Shown: positions 1 through 15,019 of the stretch, one piece after another
Layout of the letters: each line of letters starts with the position of its first letter
Position numbering within the stretch: position 1 is the stretch's first letter
Assembly (NCBI RefSeq): GCF_009914755.1
Contig: NC_060928.1
DNA from: the human T2T-CHM13v2.0 reference genome, Homo sapiens
Strand: one strand, 5' to 3'
DNA length: 64,000 nt
Translations under genes and position numbers: made by a program
Notes under the pieces: generated by a model
What the model was told of the DNA's origin: nothing
The model's database searches: none
What the model saw: the letters and a program-made list of their open reading frames with translations, nothing else

Positions 1-1307
1 AAGTTTCTATCACCCAAAGAGAAACAATATTTTGCTAAAATTCTAAATAAAATCCTATAACTGTATTAATAGAAAATCAGACCCATATTTCCAAATGAAT
101 GGAATTTTCATTATGGAATCAAGTTACTTGGTTCATAAACTTAGTATGTAGAAGCTCTATGCTTCCTAAGGACAAACTGGAAAACAGCTGTTACGGTTTT
201 TCTTCTCCAAGCCTTAATTTCACAGAGAAGCGCTAATATTCTCTTGTTCATTATATCATATAAGCACCTCACAGTGTTTCCCATTATGAGATTTATCTTG
301 TTTGCTTTGAAGTTAAAAAGGGAATGATTGTCTGGCCAAGTCAGGACTCATGAAATTCTAAAAGTCGATGAGCTCAATTTTGAAATAAAATGCCGTCTCT
401 TGCACACACCATATTAAATCTAGAAATCTGTATTTACATGGCTGTTAAATGATATTCCATGTTACAATCCAAATATCTACATATACTATACAAATATGTG
501 CAGATATATGCTGAAAACTCTAAAGAAAATAAAACAAATGGAATTCTCTGTTTTCAAGTGTTGATAATTAGAATGTTCACTGATTCTAAAGTTTATTAGA
601 CTGGTGGTAGTATCAGTTCAAATACTGTCCTCTAAGGTTGCAGTTTCTCAGGTGCACACACAAATATTCCACAGATGCATACACAGCAGAGTTAATCCCC
701 AAAAAACAATGAAAACATCATTACAATACTCTGATGTACCCAATCTTCTGATCTAAAAAATACCAAATGGAGATTTCACAACAGAAAATACTACAGTGAT
801 AACTGCTTTCATCAACTGACCCCAAAATATTCTATTACATTTCCAAGAAGATAATGTCTTTGCAGTTACACAATGGAGGCCAGAATTTTAAAGAACTATG
901 AAGAATTCCTACTCCCCATGTGTGGAAATAAGCCAAATCAGAAAGTAGCAGCTCCCATAGAACATTTCAACATTAGATTTGTCAGGGGAGTTATGCTTCC
1001 TCTGAAGCATATTCTCACGACAAAATGGAATAGCCCTGAAGGTAGAGTGTATTTGAGAATCTCTCGTTTAAAAACCCTGAGAGGGAAGGTTAGGATTGAA
1101 GCATTTGCCCAAGTGATAAAACTCCTGCCTTCAAAGCTCTCATTATAGAATTTCTTCAAAGGAATTTTACGTTTCATTAAAAAAAAAGAAACAAAAGAGA
1201 CTTTAAAAAAATCATCAAAAAATCCAAAAATCAAAGTTTTTGCTCTTCTCTTCTCAATGAAAGGGAAAGCAAAGGCAAAGAGCCCCGACCACCGTCCCCA
1301 CAAATGA

Positions 1308-1520
1308 TGTGCCAGTCCTCCCTGTCTGATATCAGACCCTTCCCTTCCCTTGCCCTGCTCTGCCTTGCCCTTCCCAGGAATGACCCTGCAGGCTACCTCT
1401 CTCAGGCACCCCTGCGAAGTGGCTTCTAGTTAGATTTACATAATGGGATGTGGCAGGAGACTGAGGGCCAAAGGAAGGTCAGCTCCAAGATGTGGCAGTC
1501 CTTTTCTCTGTCTCCAGCAG
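1308..1520. mobile_element. Old ERVL LTR fragment, LTR33-like
   Basis: 'ggcttctagttagatttacataatgggatgtggcaggagactgaggg' resembles the recalled LTR33 core. Confidence 0.5.
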
Positions 1521-1528
1521 TATCTACA

Positions 1529-1531
<3 letters not shown>

Positions 1532-1568
<37 letters not shown>
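1532..1568. repeat. (TC)n microsatellite
   Basis: Uninterrupted TC run. Confidence 0.98.
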
Positions 1569-1570
<2 letters not shown>

Positions 1571-2194
1571 GTCTATCTCCCTCTCTTTCTCTCGCTCATG
1601 GTTTCCAACTTACAAAACCCAATCCAGATGTAAAAATAGAATATTCAAGACCTAAATGTACCCACTTAACCCAACAAGTACTAATCTAATACTTAGGTAG
1701 GGTCTTCCCAACATTAAATCTGCCAGGCCACCAATTCTACACCTGATGGACCAGCAGCTGATTGGAGCTTTTCTCTGCATTGTAACCAATATTATTAGCA
1801 TGAATAGCTCAGCAATACCAAGGTTGTACACAGATCACTGGTACATTTCTACTGTTACAAATGAATTAATACCCTATCTATGAACCTGAGCTTCAGTGCC
1901 TCATCTTAAGCTGGCATTAATTATACTGGTTCAACTGACAAAAGTCTCCAATGATTTAATTAGAGATGGATACAGAAGGGAAAAAGCAAAGCAAAACACA
2001 AATGTATACTGCTATGTAAATGCTAAGTGTTATTTTGATGAGCTCAAGTTCCAACCCCTTCTTAGACACACTTTGTGCTGAATGATTTTGTCAATGCTGA
2101 TACAAACATTTTCCATGTGAAGTGGAACATCTTCCTAAGGGAGATTTGTTTCCTGAGACATTTGTAAACCTCCTTAATATCACAAATTAGGCAT

Positions 2195-2556
2195 CCTGAC
2201 TCCACCATGTATGATCTGTTTGACCTCAGGCACATTATTTCACTGCTATTAAAGCTTCAGTTTCCACATCTATAAAATGGTTTAGTAACAGGACTGACCT
2301 CATGGGGTTGTAGTGAAGAACTTTGAACTTTAGCAATGTTATTACTTAGTATGGGTCAGGGACTAGGACTGGAAAGGGCTCTGCTTGAGCTCTCTTTGGG
2401 GCATCTTAAGGCTGGTGGAAATAGTTTTCTGAAAATGTGGTGGTTGTCAGAAACTTGTGCTTCTGACTCATAAATGGGTTAGATATTCCATATAAAGTTA
2501 AATGGTATTGCCTAGCATATAGTAAGAAGTCAATAAATCTTAGCTATGTTATTATT
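2195..2556 (+). mobile_element. MIR SINE (interrupted)
   Basis: Core 'cttcagtttccacatctataaaatgg', 3' part 'gcctagcatatagtaagaagtcaataaat'. Confidence 0.7.
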
Positions 2557-4875
2557 GCCAGCTACAACTTCATGCCAGTAACTGGAAAGGAATATAATAA
2601 GAAAAAGTTGCTGATCTATATATTATTTGGTTAAAACAATAATAATTAAAAAACTAGCAGGGTAAAATATCTACAGAACATGTAAAAACCCTATTTTCAG
2701 CCTCCACTTTCAACTGAAAGACATAATTGAATCACTGTATGCCATTGTTCCCAAAATGGGCTTCCAGACCAAGAAAAGCTCAAATGTGTTTAAAAGGAGA
2801 AGCAATCCAGTGAGCAGAGGAATAACATATGAATCACAAGCTTCTGACAAACATCAGGTCCTCAGAAAACTACTTCCACCAGCCTTAGGAAGCCCCAAAG
2901 AGGACTCAGGCACAGCCCTTTCCAATCCTAGGCCCTGACCCATACTAAGCAATAGTATCACCAAAATTCAAATGCAATTTTAGGCCCGTCATCTAACAAT
3001 GTAGAGTTTTTCATTGAAAACACGTTTATCCTTTTCTTCTATGAAATATCATTTCTGTTTTCCTTCAGTGTCCATTTGTTATATATCCAATATATAGCCA
3101 TCTAGGGCCTAGCTAAATAAAGCTGATGGATATAGCTTTTTAAAAAAATAATAAAACATAGTTCTGAAACCATAAAAACAAATAACTCTACTTTGTATCT
3201 CAGGACATATCAGTATTTAGTATATCTCAGTGGGAAATTTATATTTATCTACCCTTTAAAAGCTAACATTTGTTTTTCTATCCTGCTAAGTCTATTTTCT
3301 GAAAGAGAGTAGGAAAGAAAGAGAAAATATATAAAATGGAAAAGATTGTGACATAGTATAATGACAGATCATAACTTAGAATAGAAGGTATATAGGTTAT
3401 TAAATTTAAGAAATAGAACATATTTTTATAAACTAAAATGAAATACACTCTAAATATTATAGGTTTAAATCCATGTATTGTAAGAAGGGATAAAGATGTT
3501 GCCTTTTTTTTCCTTTGTGCTCTTAAGATTATTACCATCTGGCTGCAGCACATAGATCCTTAAGTAACTGTATTTATAATTTAGAGAAACATAGAGCAAG
3601 AACCTGGACATTTTCAGTGGATTGTCCAAGGGATAGGTGAGGAGGGGACATTTGCAAGAGGAAGACTTTCCCATACTTATTCACTTTCCAAGGCTTCCCA
3701 GAAAGTTGTCCCTGAGGTCAGGAGCTGACATTCAAGGCCCTGCACTTGATGTTAAACTTATCAAAAGCACAAGAGGGAGGTCATGCTTTTAAAATTCAGA
3801 GGAAGGAAAGGGACAGAAACCACCTGGAGGGAACACACCCACCTCACCCGCCCCACTCCCAACAAGATGAGATGCCTTCCTTCCCTTCTCTTCAGTACAA
3901 CAAATATCTTTTATTATCCAGAATTTTTATCCCCTTAACATAGAGTATCTTTGGTTGCTCTTTGTCTCAAGTTACAAATGATACATCCAATTTTTGCCTT
4001 AGATTTTTGGCTTCATAAATATTATCTGACTCCTTCAATGTCTTTTCTTATTTCAAAATATGGGAAAATTGGACATCTCAACTCAGTAGTCTTTACTTAA
4101 CACTTTACAGTCAAGCAAAGGACTACGAACAATCACACTTTATGTTTGCATATTGTTTTACAACATACGAAAGCTTTCATGTATATTCTCTTTTGTTGCT
4201 CATCACAAACATGTAAGGTAGGTAAGAAAGATGGCGTCATTATTTATGTTCTCTGAGAGAAAACTGAGGGTCTGAAAAATAGTTGTGAATGTTGACTCTA
4301 TGCACATGGACAGACAGAGAGACAGAAGAGTTGGAAATGGTTAAATTTCCCATACAAGGTCTTACAGCTATTAAGTGATAGAATTTAAATTCCTTCCAGA
4401 ATGTCTGACTCTGGATTTTGTATATACAAATTGACAACTGTTCCAATCCAAAATGTTGCTTAGGGAGATTTAGCAACTTTAATACATATAACCAAAAAGC
4501 ATTAAACACTGGGATAGAGGGGAAAACATTATCTAATAGATTTAAAATTTATACTATCCATAGCTAAAGACATAAATGTATAAACCCAATATGTAGTAAA
4601 AAGACTATGAACGAGAGATCCTAAAACAAGATGATAAAATGAAATAATTGTATACAGTTCTCTACAACTAATGTAAGATTGCACAACTAATATGTATATG
4701 CTCAATGTTTAAAGTAACTAGCTAGTTAATTGGGAAAATGACATGAAATGAGAAAAAGCCAAAACCTCAAAGATGAACCATGAAAAAGTAAGACTCTTCC
4801 CCATACCAAATCCTCAACCCCATTCCTCAATTTCCTCTGTATCCTTCTAAACATTTTGTTTACATTTATAAGTAG

Positions 4876-4978
4876 GTGTATACATATGTACATACTTATG
4901 TATATACATAAGTATATACATACTTATGTGTATATATATAAGTGTGTGTATATATATATACACACACACACACACACA
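4876..4978. repeat. Compound (TA/TG/CA)n microsatellite
   Basis: Alternating purine-pyrimidine tract ending in (CA)n. Confidence 0.9.
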
Positions 4979-5470
4979 GGAATTTGGAGGGTTTTGTTTT
5001 TGTTCTACACCAATGGCAGCATACTATACAACTGCTTTTTTCATTCAGAATATATCAGCACATTTTCTAAATCAATATACATAAATCTACTTCTTTAAAA
5101 AATTATATAGGCTTTTTTCCCCCAATATAAGGCCTTAAGATCCCCAACTATTAATTTCCCTATCATAGCATTTTTCAGGGACATAAATTGCATGACTAGA
5201 GAATGAACACTTTATTGTCATGAAACTAATTCATACCAAGCCTGACATATTTTTAACAAAACTAAGTAGGAGCATGTAATAAAAACTGTACGCTAACAAT
5301 TTCAAAACTCTTTAACGAAGCCTCTTTTCATTGATTTCTTGAAGGAGAATCAGAATCTTTTGGAGAACAGTACTGAGCTATTAAAATGCTAATAGAAATG
5401 TATCCCTTAAGTCTTAGTACAAATAGTACAGGCAGAGGTCATTAGGTAAACTAAAAATCCTGTAAGCTAT

Positions 5471-5475
5471 TCTCT

Positions 5476-5523
<48 letters not shown>

Positions 5524-5541
5524 CCTCCTTCTGTCTCTCTC
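5471..5541. repeat. (CT)n microsatellite
   Basis: Long CT run with minor interruptions. Confidence 0.97.
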
Positions 5542-6118
5542 CCCAAACTAAAGTTGATACAATACAACAAATTTTTAAAAGTCAGGGCTCTATATACATC
5601 AGCATAGAGACTTCATATAGATTCCATGTGATTTGGATTTTATGCTTAACTCAGAACAAGCTTATTTACTTCTTTACTAAAAAACATGTGTAAAAATAAA
5701 AACCATCAATAGTGACTTTGCAGAGAATAGCAAATATTCAAAGAGATAGAATATGATATTTAGTTCCCTATTACCCAAGTAACATCAAAATACAAGTCTA
5801 TCCGTCCAAAGTACGAGTTGGAAAATGATTGAACGTCAGAATTAACACCTTAATGCCCATGTATTGTTGGAAAACGGCAATGTCACCATGTAAAATGTGT
5901 GAGCAGGCAAAATTAGACTGGTCACCAAAAAAGCACCCTCCAGCATGTTAGATAGAGGGGACACTGAATTCCTATAGAATTCAATAAACAGCCATACTGA
6001 AACATATCACCAAAAATGCTTTGCGACTTAAGTAGTATTTGCAGGAAAAAAACTTTTCCCTCATTGCTTTTTAACTTCTCTGAGAGAAATGAATGTGGAG
6101 TTTGATTCCTACTTTTGA

Positions 6119-6304
6119 TTACACAAGATTCCTGATTAAAGAATAATTTGAGGAAAATTCACAGCAAGAGATAGCTCCAATTACAACCAGAGATCATTCT
6201 AACTAACCTGGTATACATTTTTTAAATAGAAAAAAATCAAAATGTGTGCAAGGATATAAAGTCCATTTATATGTTTATGGAATATATTAATATAGAACAG
6301 AAAA
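6119..6304 (+). repeat. 186-bp direct repeat, copy 1
   Basis: Aligns to 8822-9006 with 13 substitutions and 1 indel (manual count). Confidence 0.95.
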
Positions 6305-6813
6305 CTAAGAAACTAAGTGATTAAATCCTCTCAGAGGATGACTAGAAAAATTGGACAAAATATTTAAAGAAACAACCCATTAAAGGCACACAGATCTCTC
6401 ACGTATAGTAAAGATTTACTAGGAAAGGAGTCTAGGTAAATACAAATTTGAAGCAACTTCTTTCCATGGGAACTTACATGGGTTCCAGCAGGGAGAACTA
6501 GAGACTGAGGCTGAACAGGATTTGCAATATCCTCTTGGTGCCCAGGCCACAGAGGTTGGTCTTCAGGGCCTACAAAGGGTTGGGGAAAGCCCTGCTGGAC
6601 TCCCTCACTTTTGGCTGTGATCCCTAAAGGCTGTTCCTGAGGAGTAAAGCTGAACCACAACTTCCGCCCTTGCAACTCAGCTTTGAATTATTGCAATATT
6701 TGAGACTGGAAAAGAGATCTTTCTACCTCCTAGTCTCCCCAGGTTTCCTAAAGTGTTAGCACCCCCAGGCAACTGGCAGAAGGTTTAAATACTGTTAAAA
6801 AGAGATCATCATC

Positions 6814-7594
<781 letters not shown>

Positions 7595-7609
7595 ATCATG
7601 CTGGGCCTC

Positions 7610-8040
7610 AAAGTATTTTTGCAAACAGCTTTTCAAACACAATATCCACATACAATCAAAGGTAACCAGGAATACAAAGAAAAAAGACAAAAAGAAAAAT
7701 ACACTAGAAACAACAGATCCATAAAGCTTCAGATATTAAAGCTGCATTGTCAGACAGAGGCTTTAAAAGCTGTATATTTTTTGTTGCTGTTGATAAGGAA
7801 AAGATGATAAATTTTAACAGATAACCGCCCAAAAATAATTAATTAATTTAAATTAATTAAGTTTCAAATTTCTACTTCCCAGCATGCTGGTGTAATTGGG
7901 ACTGGACTTACCCTTTTGTCATAAACAACTAGAAAACTGGACAAAATATAGGAACTAGCTCCTCTCAGACATCAGAGAACAAGCAAGACAAAATTGTGAT
8001 CCCTGGGCTGAGAGAAACAAGGTGATTCTTACAATTACCC
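7610..8040 (+). mobile_element. Old L1M 5'-region fragments
   Basis: 'acaactagaaaactggacaaaatata' and 'cttcagatatt...cagacagaggctttaaa' motifs; a related motif occurs at about 6340-6365. Confidence 0.5.
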
Positions 8041-8047
8041 AGTTTAG

Positions 8048-8400
8048 AGGCTGAGAGAAGACAGAAGACTCCTGGATCAGAGATGAAAGCCTTCATTACT
8101 CATAGCAAAGGTGGTAGCCGCATATCAGCATATTCATATCAATTACCCAAGTCTAAGTTTTAAGGGCAAAATAGATGGCCAGATGATGCCTGCACACAGA
8201 TAGAGTAGGAACACTGAGCCTAAAGAACCCATCACTTTATAGCAAGCGGTAACGAAGCCAGCTCTTCATCCTGAATGGAGACATTACCTCATCCCTCGAG
8301 ACCGCTTGCTGAAAATGCAACCCTGATAAATAATCCAGGTAAAGAGTGGTCAGGACCTTGCATTCTTGGCATACCCAGCAAGACATGTAAGACCTATGGG
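8048..8400 (-). mobile_element. ERVL LTR fragment, MER76-like
   Basis: Reverse complement 'ttgctgggtatgccaagaatgcaaggtcctgaccactctttacctgg...gagggatgaggtaatgtctcc' resembles a recalled ERVL LTR consensus. Confidence 0.55.
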
Positions 8401-8821
8401 AAAACTGATCTATTCGAATGCTAAGTGCATTTCATGTTAGGTAGATTAGAATGATAGCTCTAAAAGCTGAACTATTTTTTGCCAACTTAAAAAACCAGAC
8501 TGTTTATATTCAATATTTTTATTAATCAAATGAGACAATTATTCTTAAAGCTAGGTTTTAAGAAACAGAGACAAGACTTTTTGTTTTAGTTCAAGAAATA
8601 TAGGTAGTGTATTTATACTTCTTATACAAAAGGAAGCTTAAGGTTTAACTAGATTTTACTCTAATTCCTTTTCTATTTTAGCTTCCTTTACTGGCATATA
8701 AGTAATACTTGGTCAACAAGGTTCCAAGAGAGCTCTCTTTCCCATATTCACAGGTATTAAGTATTATACACAAAAACTTTCTCAGCATCTGGTACAGTAT
8801 TTAGTGCAGCATCTATGAAGT

Positions 8822-9006
8822 TTACACAAGATTCCTGATTAAAGAATAATTTGAAGAAAATCCACAGGAAGAGATAGTTCCAATTACATCCAGAGATCAT
8901 TCCAACTAATCTGGTATACATTTTTTAAATAGAAAAAATCAAAATGTGTGCAAGGCTATAAAATCCATTTATATGTTTATGGAGTATATTGGTATAGAAT
9001 AGAAAA
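8822..9006 (+). repeat. 186-bp direct repeat, copy 2
   Basis: Aligns to 6119-6304. Confidence 0.95.
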
Positions 9007-10727
9007 TAATTTATAAGCTTAATATACAATACACCTGATGGCTGTCGAGTTGTCCTATACTTTGGATAGAGTTCCTACTACTAAGTTGCATATTTAACTT
9101 CAGTCTTTTACAAGTGAGCAAGGATTGCCAGGCACGAAATGATACCAGGTTATATTTCCTATTAGCAAAATAAGGTATATCTCAATAATTTACTGTTTTA
9201 CACTATATTTTAAGTGGCTTTAACTCTAAATACATACTCTATAGCCACTGTAATAATTTAAACATGGAAGCCTATCAATTAAAATTGCTAAAATAATGAA
9301 AATATTCAAAAGAAGCATTAGCCAATTCTTGTAAGGAATTTGCAGAAATGTCAAAAGTTTAAACAATGTTTGTAATTTTACCAAGAACAAAGAGGTATAT
9401 TATGTCCAAGTATAATACTTAATATATTTACATGTTTCTGGAAAAAATGGAATGAAAATAGATATTTGTAGGTTGAATTATAATTTGAATGCATGACGAA
9501 AATTACACCTAATGGCAATTTTGAAGAAATCATTTATAAAGAAAATAATCTCTTCATAAAATAGGTGTATTTTTATAAATCAGACTTGTTTAAAACAAGG
9601 TATATCTTAAATGCTTTATAAATGTTTGCAGAATGATATTCAATATCATAATCCCTGTAGTCCGATGAAATCATTCTGTCATATGTTCATGCCAAGATTA
9701 TTGAATAGCATGAAACAGTTTTGAAGAAACATGCACATTTAGTCATTGTGATGTGTAAAATCTGGCAGGTACACATTTAAATGAGTCTGACTAGGTAGTT
9801 GGTTTCAATGCCTGACCACCATTACCCTAAAAGCAAAACCTCATCAGCTTGCTATTTGGTGTCCACAGTTTTCTCTGATTAGTTGTTTCATATACAAAAG
9901 GATTATTAAATATGGGCAGTTCTCCAGCCGGACATTCTTACCCAATGACTAGAGAGTTTTATTGCACATACATGTTTCATGAGCAGTAATATCACATTTT
10001 GAATGGTTTAGAATGTTTTTTCAGCTCATCTAGATACAAATCATAAAATAATCAAGTCCAAAATGTGCAGCAGTATTACTGAATGCATGTTACAATCATA
10101 TATGATTACACATAGAAAAGTTTAAGCATTTTCTTTTAAAATTTTTTCCAGGATTTTCTTTGAACACTCATGTCATCTAAAGGTCCCCAATGCAGAATTT
10201 TCTCCTCAGAATCATTCTTTTGCCTGACCATTTCTCTATGTTAGCTTCTAATTATTCACTGGACACTTTTATTTATGAATATGTTCATTAAAATCCTCAC
10301 CTGCCATACAGTATAGAATTTCATTTGCTCTAAAGTCATGTTTTGATGGGATATCATGTTAATTTATGTTATACTAGCATCCAGCTAAATAAGACAAGAT
10401 TAGTCCATTTCATAATGATAATATTTCTTTATTGCTATTGATACAACGGTTTCTCCTAAAATAAAAATCCTACATTTATTAACTAATTTATTAAATTTAT
10501 TCACTGATTCCTTCTCTGAATACCAACTTGGCTCTATTCGTTAGGACTCCTAGGCATAGTAGTAACATATTACAAACTATTCATTAAAATACCAAATATT
10601 TATTGCCTACTATGTACCAGGCATTGGTTTCCTAGGACTACTAAAATACGGATCATGCTATTGTGAAGGCACTTAGAGACTGGTGGAAGAAGAGAGGAAG
10701 GGAGAGACGTGAAGAAGGAAGGAAACG

Positions 10728-10872
10728 GTAACTATGTAAAGTGATGAATATGTTAATTAGCCTAATTGTGGTGATCATTTCACAACTTACATATATATCA
10801 AAACATCAAGTTGTACACCTTAAATATATACAATTTTTACTTGAGAATTATACCTCGATAAAGCTGAAAAAT
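10728..10872 (+). mobile_element. L1MA/MB 3' end
   Basis: 'gttgtacaccttaaatatatacaattttt...attatacctcgataaagctgaaaaa' is a typical L1M 3' terminus. Confidence 0.8.
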
Positions 10873-11324
10873 AGCATATATATATTTATACTTGCTTGTA
10901 TATGCACAGAGAAACACTGGAAAGACATAAGAAAGTAAGAGAAAAGGTTGTTTATTGGGGTCAAGGGAGGCTGGTGAACTGGGTAGACACAGGAGTGCAA
11001 ACAAATCTTCTCAATATAAAAATTTCTATTTTTTTTTTACTTTTGGATGTCATAAATGTCCAAAATTTATGACATTTAATTTAAAATTTTAAAAAGTGTA
11101 TTCAATACAACAGTGTACAATAATCTATAATTACTGGAGGAAAGATGCAAATTAGCTTTGAACTTCCTAGAGGTCATATCAAATGGAGAATTATGTTGTT
11201 TCAAAATTCAGATTTTCCCCATATTAAGACCTGAAAGGAATTTCTCTACTGTATTCTCATTAATTGGATATTCTGTGATGTAGTGAATGAGAATCAACAT
11301 CTTCTTAATATGTACTTGTAAGTT

Positions 11325-11880
11325 TCAAATCATTCTCTTGCTTAAACTCTCAATACCCTCCAATTTGATTGGAACAAATCCAAATCTCTCATCACAGTCT
11401 GTGACACCCTACATGACCTGGCCCTCACCTGTTCTCCCCTTTGATCACAAAGCTCCAACAGCAGTGGTCTTCCTTCTGTCCCTTGACCATAGCAAGCTCC
11501 TACCTGTCTCAGTGCCTTTGTACTTACTGGTCCTTTTCACCTTCGAAGTCATTCTCCCAGGTAGTATTAGCATGGCTGCCTCCTTATCATTCAGTTCTCA
11601 ACTGTAACATCATCCTGTTAGACAAACCTTTCCTTCCTACTCTCAATAAGAGCACATCACCTTGTCCCCAGCCACTCTTGAGCCCATCCTGCTGTTTTTA
11701 TTCTTTATAGCACTTTTTACAGTCTTCTATTTCATTATTTCTATTTTCTGTCTGTCTTCTCCCACAAGAAAACAACTCCTAAAAGTTGTTGACTACCATC
11801 TTGTATCATCAGCTTTCTACAACAGGGCCTGAGACGTAGTGGGTGGTGAATAAACAGTTGAATGAATGAGTGAATGACAA
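11325..11880 (+). mobile_element. L2 LINE 3' end
   Basis: Pyrimidine-rich body ending 'gttgaatgaatgagtgaatga'. Confidence 0.75.
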
Positions 11881-11982
11881 TGAATTAGTGATTGTGAAAG
11901 AGAATGAAAGAAGCAAGAAAAGGAAAGATGCAGAGAGATAAGAGAAAGAAAGGAAGGAATCTCTTAATATTCAACAATTTTT

Positions 11983-12290
11983 AGCTAGGCACAGTGGCTC
12001 ATTCCTGTAATTCCAGCACTTTGGGAGGCTGAGCTTGGAGGATCAATTGAGCCTCAATTGAGGAGTTTGAGGCTAGCCTGGGCAACAAAGCAATACCCCA
12101 TCTGTACAAAAATAAAATAAAATAATTAACCAGATGTTGTGGCACTTGCCTGTAGTCCTAGCTACTCAGGTGGCTGAGGCAGGAGGATCACTTAAGCCTA
12201 GGAGTTCTAGGCTGCAGTGAGCCATGATTGCACCACTGTACTTCAGCCTGGGTGACAGAGCAAGACCCTGTCTCAAAAAAAAAAAAAAAA
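11983..12290 (+). mobile_element. AluJ
   Basis: Dimeric Alu, J-type 'ggaggatcacttaagcctaggag', A16 tail, small internal TCAATTGAG duplication. Confidence 0.95.
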
Positions 12291-14551
12291 TGTCAAACAG
12301 CTGTGACTAATATTAAATAAGATCTGTCAGCTAATTCTGATATTACCTTGCATGAGGTTTTTAGACTTCAATGGCTTATACACAATTTTAACCAATATTT
12401 ACTTAGAGTACAAAGTTTTAATGCTGCTGTACATATGTCACTCATCTCATAAGCTATGTATCTCAAGAAAATTATTATTGGAAAAGTCCTAAAAGTTTAA
12501 CTAATACCTGTAGTTAAATTAGATTTATCATAAATTTATGTTTGTCAAACCATCTTCCCCCCAAAGAAAGAATTCATGAAGCAAGACTAAGGATTCTGAA
12601 AAAGATTTTACCACCTACCACCATACTTTTCCCTTTGTAATACTTGGTCAAAGTTAACTAACAATTATTACAGTATAGCTAGAGCTTCAGGTAGACTGGA
12701 TTTGGGCAACCACATTTGGATATCAAGAGAAGGAACCTGAACAAGGATCTGCTGGATCACTGGATTTCTGCAGTTGCACTACAGAAGCAATCTAACATCA
12801 AAACTTACCTTCTTCCAGCCCTTCACGGTGGATGAAGAGAAGAAACCTACAAATGGTTTCTATTAATTGGCCCAGAATTTCACATCCTTTATTTCTTTGT
12901 GTGCTGGCTAGATTTTATAACCATTGCCATGTGGGTTCAGGACAAACTGACTTGCTTAAAATCACACATTAAAAATGTTTCAACTCCACAGTGTCTCCGA
13001 CAGCCCAGTTTTTGTTTCAGAATGATTCCACAATCTATACAATGTGTAAAATTACTCATACAAAGATTACTCCCTATTATTTGCATATGTTAAGGTTCAT
13101 GTGTGTTATTTATTGCAGCATAGGTCTGAAATAAATTATGGTTTAAAAATATGTTCCTGATAATACCCTTTTCATATCACAGCATGAGGGCAACTGGTGT
13201 GAAAGGCTTCCCACTTGTGATCAAACCATGCTTCCCTTTATTTTCAAGGTCAGCTATAACAAGAGTTATGTCTATAACTGAGTTAGAAATGGTTTATTGT
13301 AGTACCTTAACTGGCTATCCTCAGTCACAGATGATTTTTACTTTTCAGTTAATAAATCCAGGGTTGAATTTAATATCCATTGGCCCTCCTGAGACACATA
13401 TGCACAATCCTAAGAGGACATCTGTCTCAGAGAGCAAACATCTCTGCCATCCTCAAAACTAAAGTCGCATTATGGTCACGTGCAGAGCATTTGTTTTGTG
13501 TCTTTTCCATTCTCTAAACTTTAGAGAATGCTTTAGAGTGTGAGATTGAACTTTTCCCTGGAAGAGTAATTGTTCATGCAAATCTGTGCCCAATCTTCAC
13601 AAAAAGTGTGGAAAAAATATGCAAGCAGAAGCAGAGAACAGCAATGCTCACAGTCCAGATTTTAAAGGTGATGCATAGTTAGGTCGGTGATTTGAACACT
13701 GCTGGAGCTTTCAGACTGAAAAATCATCTTCTTATTTCAATAGTAATGGCATTAAGGATTCTACTACACTACTACAAATATTGTACGCCTCATGTCCTGT
13801 TAGTCTCTAACAAAAACAACTTGCTATTTAAAGTACAGCTCTGGGCAAAAAAAGGTGGTTTGGATTGCAAGAAGTTATTAATTAACATGACAGCAAAGCT
13901 TCAGGACATGAAACCACAAAGCAGCTCTCTGGCTGGTTGTCAACAGTGTCACACATATGTAAATAATCCACAGTTTTAAAAGGCTGTTTTCTCTTCTATA
14001 CTTTATCCCCTTGACAATGATTGTAATTTTCTGTACTGAGATCTCTTCCAAGTCTAACATTTGTGACTACAGAACAGTATGAAAGTAATCTTGGTTCCAA
14101 TTGTTTCTTTTTAAATCTCATAATAATAAAAGCATCCTAGAAATGAGCTCTGTCATATTCTTAAAGACAACTGAGACAATTGTCAGTATATCTATCCACT
14201 GTAATCTCAGCTAGCAGGTAACAATTAAATTAAATTAAATCAAATGTTGTGGGATATTTTAAGCCATTTTTAAAGAACACTACCTTTTTGTCAACATATT
14301 AGAAAGTCCTCATTTTTCCCCTAAACTTTTGGCATACACAACATTTCCAGGAAACTGTTCATTAAGACTAACTGCAAGAGAAAGACTCATTCTCTCACCA
14401 AAACGTCTACAATTAAGTTCATTTTATAATAGTAATTTTTTAATGAACTGCTAACACTGACGGAAGCATAAAGACTTTGTAAAACTGCCTTGGATATGAA
14501 AACCCATATTAAATATGTAGGTTTCAGAGATGACCCCACCCTGCCCACAAT

Positions 14552-14631
14552 ACACAAACACACACACAAACACCCACACATACACATTCACATACACACA
14601 CATTCACATACACACACATATCACATCACAC
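14552..14631. repeat. Degenerate (CA)n tract
   Basis: Interrupted CA repeats. Confidence 0.85.
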
Positions 14632-15019
14632 AGAGAATAAAATCTCTCAATTGACTTCATTAGAATAACATTTCAGTTAGAAACCAAATTTGAAAATCAT
14701 TCAACAGAAATGTATATTTTAAGTACCAGCCAACTCATTTTCATTATTAAGTAAAATTAATCCATGTGAAGTAAGGGGAAGCAACACAGTGCCTCACCAA
14801 GATGGGAGTGTCCAGGGCCTAGTTCAGCTGCTGCTCAGCTGTGTGACCCTGGATAAGCTACAGCACCTCCCTGAGCCTACAGAAATGGGGAAAGCCAATC
14901 GGGTGGGCTCTATCATCTCTTCAGCTGCTGCTCCAGAAATCCTCAGGCTAGGGTTACTTCAAAGCATCCCTTCTGCATAGCTGGTTCTACTGACCACTCC
15001 AACTCTATGTGAAAAACCT

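Noticed and set aside
7839-7860. Perfect 22-bp palindrome TTAATTAATTTAAATTAATTAA
   Set aside because: Low-complexity (TTAA)n-type AT sequence; symmetry is expected.
8400-10500. AT-rich stretch that looked like a decayed transposase, pseudogene or endogenous viral ORF
   Set aside because: Partial manual translations on both strands gave frequent stops and no convincing motif. A tBLASTn or Dfam search would be needed to exclude it fully.
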